Source: Marsupella aquatica (taxonomy: Eukaryota > Plantae > Marchantiophyta). From it: DNA of 64,000 nt. Shown here piece after piece: positions 11,915-24,519 of this stretch. Location: positions 18,260,666-18,324,665 of the forward strand of contig OZ316891.1 of NCBI GenBank assembly GCA_973895155.1, read 5' to 3'. The notes beneath the pieces were generated by a model. It was given only the letters and a program-made list of their open reading frames with translations, was not told the origin of the DNA and made no database searches. Both the position numbers and the translations under genes were made by a program. Within the stretch, counting starts at the first letter, position 1. Every line of letters starts with the position of its first letter.

Positions 11915-12583
11915 AACAAAGTGTGCACAGCTCAAAAAGTTTGGGACTTGCTTTGTGTTGTTAAGTGGTGTCAGCGAGCACTACAGTAGTACTGCTCAAA
12001 ATCTGATATTCTCAGTTATCATTTCAGTTTTTTTGTAGAAGCTGATCATCCTTATGGTAGAAAGTGTTCTGTGGATTCCTCTCATATTCTGTCAATGGAG
12101 CACCCTTCATTCTCATTCAACTGATAAAGTTGGGTTCCCTGGGTTATCATGGTTATGGTATCTATAACTTCTTACACTTCTATATCATGACACTACCTAT
12201 GTTCTGAGGGTATGGTAACTTGTCATGTCTTAAAACACTTCCATACGTGTCTTAAACACTTCCATACACTAACGTAGTAGGAGTATCTTGACTCTATGAA
12301 TTGGCCTTGTCCATCCTAGTAACAATCTCAAACATTTGTGTCCATCCTAGTAACTGTCAAACGTTTGTGTCCATCCTACTGTAGCTTCCAGTTGAAGAAA
12401 CCAACGTTGCAAAGAAAAGAAGGAAAGAAAAAGAAACCTAAAAAAACATGAGGTATTTGCTTGATGGACCCTCATAATGAAACTTGTTAGTCGATCTACC
12501 CCCTGAGGTCTATGAACGGTCCAGATCTGAGATCAAGAGGTCCATTAAGTGTGTCCAGATTGGGGAAAAGTATCAGAGGGTTA

Positions 12584-12797
12584 ATTAAGCAAACTTTTTT
12601 CAGAAGGGGGGTCTACTAATCATATCTCTCGAAAAACATAGAGCTTGAGGGGAAAGAATACCCTGTAATTGGTGACTGGCTTGACCGGTTGATTAAGCAA
12701 ACTTTTTTCAGAAGGGGGTCTACTAAGCATATCTCTCGAAAAAACATCGAGCTTGAGGGGAAAGAATACACTGTAATTGGTGACTGGCTTGACCGGT
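12584..12797. repeat. Tandem duplication (~108 bp x2) in the NSA2 upstream region
   Basis: attaagcaaacttttttcagaagggg...gaaagaatac-ctgtaattggtgactggcttgaccgg is present twice. Confidence 0.9.
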
Positions 12798-13035
12798 GAC
12801 ATTCAAGGCCGATACTGTATACCCGGTCTCCAGCGACTGTCTCAGCCGGTGGCCAAAAAACGAAACTCGCAGCCTCCAAAGGCGAGAGAGAGAGAGCGAG
12901 AGAGAGCGAGAGAGAGGCAAAGGTCGAAGAGGGGTTTAGGAAGCGCGAGCGACTGATTGCATTTCGGGTGGCAAACACAATCCGGGAAGAAATTTCACAC
13001 ACGATATCAAGCTAGAGCATTGATCGTTCGCCAAA

Positions 13036-16000
13036 ATGGTAAGTCTGCTCATTTTTCGACTGTTCATGTGGTGCATTTGGTGAGGCGAACCTGTGTGTGT
13101 GTCTGTCGAGCGAACTGTCGCTTCTAGGTCATGGAATTTTGGATCGAGTAAGTTTTTCGCAGCGTCTCAATTCGACTGCTCCGCATCGGAGAGGTGGGGT
13201 GTTGTTTATGGCAAGCCTCGCGTCAGTTGTGTCTGTTTGTCGAGAGAATTGCTGTTTAGGTCGTAGAATTTTGGCCCTAGTAGGCTTTTATCTGTGTCTC
13301 AATCCCTTGCGCTGTAGCTGCGTATGTGGATTGGACTTTTAGGCTAGTAGTAAAACCCTGGCGTTATTGGTCTAAAGGGTGAGAGCAGTTCCTTGGATGA
13401 TCCTTAGCTCGCTGGTGCTACCTTTTTGCTTATGTTTCAGTATATTTTTTGCGGTTCTGCTGCGAGCCGGAGTCGTCGGGGTTTGGGTTGATGATGTTAA
13501 AGCCCCGATACTAGGGTTTTAGTTGCAGTGGAGTAGCTGATTCGTTGTCTACTCGTTCGATGTAACGTTTTTTCCGGCTATGGAATTGTGAACGAGTTTG
13601 TGAGACGTCAGTCCTTGCGGAAAGATTGTCAAGGGCACTTGTGGATAGGTTTTTGGACCTGTTGCTGGAGTAAATTTCATTGCGTCATATCTGGGCCCTC
13701 TGTCTACGCAGCCACAGGCTGTTCTTCTTTGAGTCAAATCACCCTGACCTTGTCAACCAGGCCCCAATGGTCGGTCTTACTTTTTCCCTTGGAATCCAAG
13801 ATTTTTATTCTTCCGAGGCGCTCGAAATCGTCGTGATGTTGGCTAGGGTTAGGGCGGCTGGTTGTCCTTGGACGAAGTGGGTTAAATTGCGTAGTCTGGA
13901 ATCTTCATTTGAAGGTGTGAACGCTGACCTGTATCGTTGCAGTTGAAGTCTGATTGGGTATGATCGTTGAGGATTGCAGCCGCAGGGAGATCATATAGAG
14001 TTGCATCGAAAGCGGTTTGGATACCGTCCAGATTATTTTGAGAAGAAACGCAAAAAAGATGCCAGGGAGGTTCACAAGCGGGCGGCCTTCGCCCAAAAGG
14101 TAAGTATTTGCAGCTCCCTTCCCAAGGCTTCCAGTGGAATGGTTAAATGTTTCTTGCATGTGCACGGAAAAGTTGTGTGGTCTACATCTGTCCTCGAGGA
14201 AACTAATGCTTCATGTCAAAGCACCTTATCCATATTTGCTCCCAGTCTTGTCTTGTCTGAGCGCTGATTTCTTGAACCTTTTTTGTACGCTTTGGCTAAT
14301 CACCTTCCAATTTAATTTGCCCCTATGTTTGGTGATTACAGGCGTTGGGTATCAAGGGCAAGATGTTTGCAAAGAAGCGTTATGCGGAGAAGGCCACCAT
14401 GAAAAAAACGTATGCACTTAACCTGCCCAGCAGTGTGCAAGACCTTCAAATTTTGGAATAATGATTCGTGGGTTGAATTCTGTCGTTAACTGGCTCCTCT
14501 TGGTTGACTCTTGCAGGCTTGCTATGCATTCGGAAAGGACGAACAGACACAAGGCAGAGGATGAAGTTCAAGAAGGAGCCATTCCTGCTTATCTGCTTGA
14601 CCGTGAAGAAACGGCTCGTGCCAAGGTGCGAAGTTTGACATTTCGCTTCTGGAACAGATTAGTGTCGGTAGATGCTTGAGTCCATGTTGGGGATATCAAG
14701 TCCGAAAGTACACTGACTGGCTGTCGGTGAGTATGACTGGCAAGTCGAATTGTTCAGCTCTTAAGACTGATGGTGACTTACAACCCGATAGAGGTTAAAT
14801 GAGGTTTAAATGTTCATTTGTAGCCGAGGGTGACATGTGCGGTCACACAGGATGTTGTGGTTGTGTCTATTGGTAGACCCATAATATCTTGCTGGACTAA
14901 AAACTTTCGCCCAATTTGGCCTCACCGAATATGCACGGTTTTGTATACAGGTTTTAAGTAACACTATCAAGCAAAAGCGCAAGGAGAAAGCTGGAAAATG
15001 GGATGTTCCTCTGCCCAAGGTATTGTCTACTCCATTTCTCACGTTGCTCTCTGCAGAATGCCGTTAGCTGTGCTTCTACTTTCTACATTATACTTGTCTT
15101 TACTTTTTAAATCTTATCTTTCTAAGACTGCGCTGCTCTGAATATCTCCATTGATGACATTGTCTTTTGCAGGTGCGACCAATTGCAGAAGACGAGATGT
15201 TCCGTGTCATCAAATCTGGAAAGAGGAAGAGTAAGTTTTGACCATTATGATGGATACCTGTATGTAGATGTCCTTGAAAGAGGCGCCGTGAGCTATGCCT
15301 TCGAAAGTTATTCCGGGTTGGAGGAAGGTTCCTGTAGGGTACGGAATTATGTACCGGTGACTTGACCCCGCCCTGTATTTATTATTTGATACAACGTGAC
15401 CCTCGTCTTTCTCACCTTTCACTTGTTTTTTTTTAAAATGCAGCTAAGCAATGGAAGAGACTGGTCACCAAGGTGACTTTTGTAGGTCCTGGCTTCACCA
15501 GAAAGCCACCAAAGTATGAGAGGTTTATCCGGCCTATGGCACTTCGCTTTACAAAAGCCCATGTGACACATCCAGAATTAAAGTGTACCTTCAACTTGGA
15601 AATAATCGGCGTCAAGAAGAACCCAAATGGTCCCATGTATACATCCATGGGTGTCATTACCAGGGGTACTGTCATCGAGGTATGTGAAACGTTTCTTATT
15701 AATAAAATAATGTCATGCTGGATGCCCACATTTACTTTTCAACCCTGAGAAGTAAGATGTGTGCATGTTTCCAGATTGCAGTCATATCTGGCTTTCTTTG
15801 ATGGCAGGTACAGAAAATGTGCAAGGGACTGATAAATTAGAAATGCCACTTATAGGATCCCAGTAAGGGTGAATTACTGTTATGGATGTGTTGTGTTTCT
15901 GTGGTAATTGACAAGTTATTGGAAATTAAAGTTGCATACTGTGCTGGTGATGATTGTTGGGCGACTGCAGGTCAATGTTAGCGAATTGGGTTTGGTGACT

Positions 16001-16216
16001 CCTGCTGGTAAAGTGGTGTGGGGTAAGTTCTCTATCTCAGGCTTGCCACCGATCATGTTTTAACTGGGATGTTCAAATCAGACTGATTCTACTGCAGTCA
16101 TGAAAATCCTTTATCTAATGTCTGACAGGCAACTCTGGATGCGTGCAGGAAAGTATGCCCAAGTTACCAACAATCCAGAGAATGATGGATGCATCAATGC
16201 TGTCTTACTCGTGTAG
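13036..16216 (+). CDS. NSA2: Ribosome biogenesis protein NSA2 homolog, 260 aa. Exons 13036-13038, 13980-14099, 14342-14409, 14517-14625, 14951-15019, 15173-15230, 15444-15679, 15971-16022, 16149-16216
   Basis: All introns are GT-AG and the exons join in frame to 783 nt: [15 protein letters not shown]...KWDVPLPKV...[24 protein letters not shown]...[22 protein letters not shown]. Confidence 0.96.
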
Positions 16217-17196
16217 TCTGAATAGGAAATCTATCTGGACATGATTGTCAAGTACCTACTGTAGTATAAAATTGAAGAGATGCAATTTTTTGGCGGCTTT
16301 CTTATTTTTCACTCGTAACTCCTCAGTAATGGTTATGGTGCTTCCAGCTCTGGAAGTTGTTTCTGATTCCATGAATGGTGTATACCTTAGTGTTATAGAA
16401 TGGTCTACTACGATTATCAGTCCGGGTTCTTCATTGCTCTCTCCACCACAAGTAGGAAACTAGAGAAAATCAGGCTTAGACTATCTTGTTTTTTTACACA
16501 TGCAGTTGGCCATAATTCTTGTCCTTGCGATTGTTATTTTCGTTGTCAGCCGGTCGGATAATGCCGAAACACTCTGCTGATGGATGCCTCGCCTGGTTAA
16601 GTGGCCGGTTGATTATTCTTTGCATAACCATGTACTAATCACTAAAATAGAAGTTGCTGGTCGGTTCAATGTTCACATGTCCCAAGATGTTTTACAGGAT
16701 AAGGTGCCCGAAGCCGGTCATGGAACAAGCAAACGAACTAGATGTATACAAGCTGAACCTGATGAATTCTGCTGCACAAGCCTTGTCCTGGTAGGCATGG
16801 AATTTCTCGAGAGAAACAAAATGTAAACAGAGTGGAAAAGATCTGGAGAAAGTGAACGAACGGATGAATGAATATATGGATTTGAACTTTTGGGGTCCAC
16901 TAGAGGCAAATACAATCCCACAAATTACCAACTTGACAGGGACCACTTGGCTCTGGAAAGTAACTGGGAACCAAGCAAGATTCCCCGTTTTCAGAAGTGC
17001 ACATGTAATTGAGCAGCTTAGGTTCACAGTGAGCAGATTCCCCGTTTTCATAGTACCCACGTAGTTGAGCATCCTAGGTGCGTAGCTGCAGCTATGACAA
17101 TTTGTGCCCCAGAAAAGTTGTTGGGACTTCGGTCTCAATTAGAACTACTGATGATAAATACATGTCCGCCTGGAAACTGTTCCTCTCCGCGGGAGT

Positions 17197-17440
17197 TACA
17201 AATGGTATTGTCTAGGAGATCCTTCTAATGCTGAGAAATTCTCCCCGTACTTGTGTTTGATGGCAGGGCCAATTCTTGCGATCCACATCGTGAAAATAAT
17301 TGCATGCTCCGGAGCAGAATTACAAATGGTATTGACTAGGCATTCCTTCTAATCCTGAGAAATTCTCCCCTAACTGTGTTTGATAGCAGGGCCAATTCTT
17401 GCGATCCACATCGTGAAAACAATTTGTCATGCTCCGGAGC
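17197..17440. repeat. Tandem duplication (~123 bp x2)
   Basis: ttacaaatggtattg-ctagg...gccaattcttgcgatccacatcgtgaaaa...catgctccggagcag is present twice. Confidence 0.85.
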
Positions 17441-17904
17441 AGGACGCCTATCGGGGAACCCCTGTCAGGATACGTCTCTCCAAGGAGCCCCCAAAATGGG
17501 CCTAAAACTCTCTGCAGTTGTGCGATCTTCTGTCGAATTGAAAGTGCAAAGCCAAATTGCCAGCACCAAAGCTTTGCCACATTGGGCCAAACGGAGCCAG
17601 CTTTTTGGATGCTCATTAATCATCGTCTCCCGTCTGACAGGACCTCCATCAGAGCGAGGTCATCAATCGTGCTTCACCTTGCGTTTTTCCTCATCAGGCC
17701 CCACTTCATCACTGACAGTTTTCTTTGCTGCTTTGATCTTGGTCATGTTCAGTCATTTGTCATTTGTCATGATTCGTCTCACGAAATTGAATTCCATGTT
17801 CAGACTTGAAGTTGAAGATCACACAACTCAGTAAATTTTCTGGAGATCTTGGGGAAATCTTGGAAGTATATTTAAGTTTTCCATAAACTGAGGTTCCAGG
17901 GTGA

Positions 17905-18275
17905 CTCACTTGCACTTTTGGCCATTAATCAAGGTGAGATACTTTTAGTGCTAAAAGTGAACTAGTCAGGGAAAAAAACAGGTATGAGAGTGAGGAAGGT
18001 ATGTTCTCTTACCTGCACTTTTGGCCATTGCTCATTGTGAGATACCTTTAGCACCAAAAGTGGACTACTTAGGGGAAAACAAGAAGGGAGTGAGAAAGGT
18101 ATATTTTTTGGTGAGATACCTTTAGCACGAAAAATAGACTACTCAGAAAAAAAACAGGTATGAGAGTGAGAAAGGTATATTTCTCATCTGCACTTTTGGC
18201 CATTCAGGGTGAAATACCTTATCACCAAAAGTGAACTACTCAGGTAAAGAAACAGGTATGAGAGTAAGAAAGGCA
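17905..18275. repeat. Diverged tandem array, ~4 units of 70-105 bp
   Basis: Repeated tgcacttttggccatt...gagatacctttagcaccaaaagtgaactact...aaacaggtatgagagtgag-aaggta. Confidence 0.8.
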
Positions 18276-21200
18276 TGTTATGACATGACCAAGTGAGAAT
18301 CACCTTGGAATATTTGTGTGCAGCTATACTTTTTGTTGGGCAACCCCACTTTCCTGCCCTAGCAAAGAGTATTCCATGATCGCCTTTGGGACCATGTCTC
18401 CCGGTTCGGCCTTCCTGTCTTTTTGGCAGTGTGATATATATAATAGTGGAGCATAAAGTGGAGCTGGACAAGCGTAGCTGAGGGAGTAGCCAAGAGCTTC
18501 AGGCCAGGCCAACTGTGGACTCATAGCCCCTATTCATGCAAGGTACACAAGAATGTTGCAGGCTCCTCACAAGGGAAAATGACAAGCCCAAAAGCACTTT
18601 GTGGATGACAGGCTTTCTAGGGAGACAATTGTTGCCCTATTGCCCTCAACTCTACCCCAAATGTCAAAAGTCAGTTGACCAGGAGTTTTTAAATTAAAGT
18701 TCAATTTAGGCTCACTTTACATTAACTCTTGTTTCTCAGAGTGGGTTGAAACGACCTTAACTTTGGCCCTATGAGTTTACCAAAATCTCTTTTGAGTTGT
18801 TGTCCAATGCATCTTCTTAAATTGAAGTTGTGTGGCATCCAGACGCACTCTCACCTGCTAAAAGTGCAGTTTACAGATATGTGGACTTGACCTGCTAGAT
18901 CATAGGATGAGTGACTACTAATTGACTACATTCAGGAATTGACCATTTCTGACCAGCACGTTACATGTATGGACCTGTGTTCACACAGTACTAGTCCAAC
19001 TACCTGTTCCTTAAAAGTAAGTAGAGCTGAAAATTGGAAAAATAAGTTAAAAACACATTCTATGCTATTTTCTTGTCATCTTTGCCCCATCCTTGTATTT
19101 AATTTTTGTCCTTCCTCAATTTCAACTTTTTCCTTAATTAGTGAGTCTGTGTCATGTCTGTCCCTTATTGAGAGTTAGAGGGCTAGTAAGAGGCTTCATA
19201 GACAGTAGCCCTAGAAAGAAGCTTAGCATCACGCCCAATTACCCAACATAAATAGATTGACCACAAAAGAAAAATCCTGAGGAAAAAGGATTCTATGCTA
19301 CTTCCTGTTAGTCTTTGCCCTCAATCATTCATGTTTTAGATTTATCCTCATTTCAGTTTTGTCTTTATTTAGAGTCAATGTCACTTTTTGTTCAATTCAT
19401 CTTTGCTCCCATGTCTGTTGTTTAGGATCGTTGTCAGTTTTATCTCTAGAGGCTTCACTCTTGACAGTGAGTGGGCCTTTAAAGTAGCCTTCATTTGCAG
19501 ATTATTAATAAGAGAATTGGATATGAAGACTAAACAAAAATCTTGTAAAGAAAAGGACTCTATGCTATTTGGGCTCATCTTTGCCTAATCCCTGTTTTTT
19601 GTCCATCCTCATTTCAATGATGTCTTTATTTAGAGTCGATGTCACTCTTTTGTTCACCCATGTCTGCTTTTGGTTCATCCCCATTTTCAATTTTGTCCTT
19701 ATTTGGGATCATTGTCAGTTTTGTCCTTACTAGAAGTTATGGTTCACTCTAGACAGAAGACCTTTAAAGTAGCTTTTGTTCGTGAATTATTAGTAAGATT
19801 CTCTACAATTCTGCCTAGAATCATGGACCATTATTTGTAGATGACCCATTGAGGCTAGGGAGGTTAACAATTCACTAAGGATGGACTTCACTGGGTTGAA
19901 CTATTGGGTTCAGTGGAGGTCTTCTCTTTGTTAAAAAATGTGACCATTTAAGGGGTTGCAATCACTGGGTTTTGATGAGCTGTGCCTTTAATTTACAATA
20001 TATTAATTATTAATCTGGCGATGGAAGGTTGATGCACAGATCAGAAAGCGCAAACTAGTCTGCCAAAATAGCTATATAACCCGCTGCTTGTTCAAGCGGA
20101 GATTGAACTCAGGTGAGCAGATTTGCTATCTGCAAATGTAAAATTGTACTTAATATGAACAGCTTGCATTGGGTTGGGTTGTGTTTCTCTTGGGCAAATT
20201 CAAAATAACTAGCAGGGCCTGAGCAGGGGCCTGAGTGCCCATTGTTTGAACAAATATAGAGGTGGGTACATTGAAGCCAGCTCAGGCATGCATTTAATTC
20301 ACACTCACCCTAGTACCCCTGATCCTCCTTTTGCACACTTGTTTGCACCTGCCACCTCACTTCAGTTATGTCCTGAGAGTTAGGGTCTAGAGGTTTCACT
20401 TTAGACCATAGGGGGGCCTAAAGAGTAGCTTTTGATTGCACTTATGTAGTGGAATACCATCTCTCACTACTTGTGAAAAAAATTAAGTATATTAGTGTCA
20501 TCTCGGTAAGAGGAGAGTAATAGTATGGCGTTGTCTTATAGACTCAATTTTTGTTTTTGTTTTTGCAGAGGTCCTGTGCAAACTGGGATTCTAATAAAAT
20601 TCGGGCATTTTCCTTCTAAGTATGTGAACACAAAAATGCAATTTAATGTGTAGTGTGCATATCAGCCATCATCAAACAACACTGGTATAATTAAGTGCAT
20701 TTCTTTAAAAAAGTGCACACAAACATGCATTCATCCGTAGCTACAACCCTCACACAAGAAGCCCATATCGATAAACCCTAAACCCAGCAATTATAGAGTA
20801 ATTCAGTGCACTCATCTAAGTGAATTGTGCAGTATGAGGCCTTGGGGTAGACAAGATATTGTGTGCCAGCCCACAGCACATATGGCGAACCCAATGGGGA
20901 AGTGCATAAGATTTTTTGACACTATTATATATATAGAACACCTCTATTTCAGTCTTCCCCGCCCCATTATTATTATTATTATTTATTATTAATACATTAA
21001 TTTGGGCCAAGACGGCTGTCTCCTTTGTTAATATCCATCTTATTTTCAAAATAATATGAATGTCCTTATACATGTTTTTCATTTCTATCTCTACAGATGT
21101 CAACCGTTCCATGCCCCTGTTATAATGTAAATATTTAGGTTTTCGTCTGACTTGCAACTTTGTACCCTAGCATCATTATGAAAAGACTAGCCCAATGCCT

Positions 21201-24200
21201 TGCACGATTGTAGTGTCCCCATTGGGGTTCTGGTGGTCATTGGTTGTCATTGCGCCCATATTTGCATCCATGCGGTCATTGTGGCCATGTTATTGCTTGT
21301 GCAAGCTTAGTGTGTAGAAAATAGTCAAAGAATAATTAGAAGTCAATCACTCACAATTAATTACTGTTTATACAAATTTAGTGTTAGTAAGACTATTTCA
21401 AGAGGGAATCAAATTTTTCCGAGCTACACAATTAGTGTTAGTAACACTAACTACGGTAACCAGTGTAGATGACTATAACCCAAGTTAAGTTAGCTTTTAA
21501 CCATTATTAACTCCAACAATGCAAACAAGAATACCCAACAAGAATGTATATCATCCATGCATACAGACGCACATGCTGTTTTGAATACCATATTCAGGTT
21601 TGTAGGTGTGATGGAAAATAAAGTGCAATAGAAGATAATTATGGCGTTTACGTTTACCTGCTTATGTACCTAATGAAAAACAACTCGGTTACGTTAAGGA
21701 ACAATGTATAAACCTCAGCATTCTTGCTAATATAGCCTACCTGAACAAATCTCACATTGAGCAATTATTATACCAGTATTGCAAATACTTCGTAGAAAGC
21801 AAGTAGTGATATTAAGAGGAATGCTGCAATGTTCAGTCTTAGACAACTATCATTGACCACATTCCAATGATTGATAACTTTCTAGTGATCACTATATATA
21901 GAAAGTACGTTGCAGCACTAACTAAGAATGACTTTCTGTTATAATTTATATTGAAGCTGCCAAGGAGTCCAATTTAATACTCGTGTTATCATGCCACTCT
22001 TGTCTCCAGATCACGCTCCAGATATAATGTAATAATAGCTTGGATTAGTGTTAACTGTGTGCTCAAATCAATAATACCCCATAGCTAATAGATCTAAACC
22101 TGGGGTCCTCGCTTTTTTTTTTTCAACCCGTCACGTGCAAATAAATAACTACATAGTTCTTTTTAGTGAGGTTAATAAAAGACTTTAAAATTTTTGTGGA
22201 AGAACATTAAGGGTGTTTAATCCAAGTTAGAGAATTATCATAATCATAGGGTTTTTTAAAACTAAACATGAGAATATCCAAATAGCATATTTGAAAGTTA
22301 GGGTTAGAAAATCATTCAAAAAAACTTAATGTATTTACTTAACATTTAAGGGCCTGTGTTTATTCCCCCAAAATTCTGCGCGTGATCTGGGACCCCCTTG
22401 GAGTGAGGCCCTCAAGGATCTAAATACAGAGGGCCAACCAGGAATACCCAAAATAGAAGGAGGAGGTCAAAAGCAAGCTTGAGGGGTACTGAAAAGTCTC
22501 CCATTTTCTCCACAAAAAAGGACATACTCCTTGTCCATATATTCCATAATGACTAAAATGTGACATGGAATGGTTAGGATTGCTTGGAAAAGATTTAAAG
22601 GTTAGATCTTGCATGTCAAGTCTTTGGAAGTGTGCACAACATTGTTGTAAGTGCCTCCAACCTTGTGAAAGGGTGTCCAATCTTTTGGGGAGTGTATTCA
22701 ACTACATTTTAGTGACATTTTCAGTCTTAGCTTTCCTTCAGTTCAAACCAGCCTATTTTTTGAGGATTTAAGTTTTTTGCCAGAGTGGCAAATGTAAAGT
22801 GTGTGACAGGGAAGATGCTCAAAAGATTCCTTATTCAATTATTTTCCTGACCGTCAGATCTTCCTAGATTTAAGGTTGACCGTTAGATTCCGGCTAATGG
22901 GGCCTGTGATCAGGTGGAAACAGGCTAATCATACAGAAAAATATATAGTAGCAAATTCTAGCCAAAAGTGGCCAAAGATTTTTTGGGAAGGTAGAATTTG
23001 GCAAATTTTTGCCACTAAAAACCACTCTGGTTGAAACCTAGTGGCAGTTAAACTACAACAGCCACTTTAAAGAGCTAGGGGTTACTTGTCCCTTTCATTA
23101 TAAAGTGCACAAGTTCATAAATGTGCTTGACCTCCACAAAAGGTGGAGAGTGCTTCACCTTTTATGGTGAAACACACATGGTGAGACACACAGGTGCATA
23201 AAAGTGCTTGAGCTTCACAAAAGGTGCTGATGAGTGCTTCACCTTTTATAGTGAAACGCAATGCATGAGGAGTAACGAGGGAGGGAATGGGGCTTTTTTA
23301 TATGGACAGGTGTGGGTTAATATTAGGTGGTTTAATAAGAGTACTGGAGAGCAGGGAGGGAATGGGGCTTTTCTATATGGACAGGTGTGGTTTAATAATA
23401 GGTGGTTTAATAAGAACACTGGAGCTGAGGATTGGATAGTTGGAATCCTCCGCGTTGGAAAGGGAGGCGAAGCAATGGGTCTGGGTGGCTGTTGCCCTCT
23501 TGGAGCGCTAGAGAGGGAGGGGCGAGTGTTCGTCGGCACACTGTGCTCCATATAAAGTGGCAACACTTTTCGTTGGATGGGTGAAGTACTTTGCTTTGGA
23601 AAGAGTGACGAAGAAATCGGTCTGGCAGGGTGGCTCTGGTCCTGTTCGACGGGCTCTCGAGTGTGAGTTCTCTTCGGAAATTGTGCTATTCGTTGAATTG
23701 CTGTTGCGACCAGGAGGAAGCCCACCAGCCAACGTGCGTGCTGGACGATGATCGTTGTTCGTCTCTAGCTGCCGACTTGATATATATATAGTTGTTTAGA
23801 TTTAGATGTAGAGACACGGACCAATCTGCTGAGGGCAAGGTTGTTGAGTGTCAAAGCGGGAGTGTAGTCCACGAGGCGTGACGGAAGTGTAGTACGTTGC
23901 GATCGATCAGACGTGCGCTCGTGGGAATAATTGTACGTAGAGGCGACGGGGAAGGGGAGGAGAGCACCTAATCGCTGGTTTTATTGATTCTATAGAGAGC
24001 TGGCTACTCCGCTACTGTAAGTGGTCGAGGCGGAGGAGTTTGCGTTATTATTGTTTTCTGCGAGCGGGATGATGCAGCTAAAAGCAGATCGGAACGGTAG
24101 CATAGACCTCCGCAGTTCCCTGCTGAGGTGTTCCCAGTCTTGAGGGTCAACAAGCGCCGAGATACGGCTCGATTTCCAGTTCTACATTCGGAATCGTAGC

Positions 24201-24519
24201 TCGAATTTAATTTGGCGAATTTATTGGTGAAGCTTTTGCTGTGAACAGAGCTGACTAGCTCGCTTGTCGTCTAGAGAAGCTGAAGAAAAATATAACAGAG
24301 TTTGTGATCGTTGATCCAAGCGCGCAGTTCCGTCGTTCATCCGGTGGTATCGATAGCTGTGAAGTTATATGGACAAGGCCATTACCGTGGTTGATCGAAG
24401 TTTCCTCAGCTGAAGATAGCAATCAAGAAAGAGTTCCTCCGGAGGGCTGGGAAAGGCCAGTCAAGAATTAAGCCTAGCTACCTCAGAAGTAGCCAACCCA
24501 TCTGTGCGCGACCATAACA

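Noticed and set aside
13486-13541. Intronic box C/D snoRNA in NSA2 intron 1 (TGATGA...CTGA)
   Set aside because: Too short (~55 nt), with no terminal stem and no recognisable rRNA guide.
13974-13982. Non-AUG (TTG) start for NSA2
   Set aside because: ttgcag is the intron acceptor; the real ATG is at 13036-13038. The TTG starts called for CBP20 and COX10 are likewise ORF-caller artefacts, with in-frame ATGs just downstream.
16584-17834. Additional gene downstream of NSA2
   Set aside because: Only short ORFs without consistent splice phases or motifs, partly built from local duplications.
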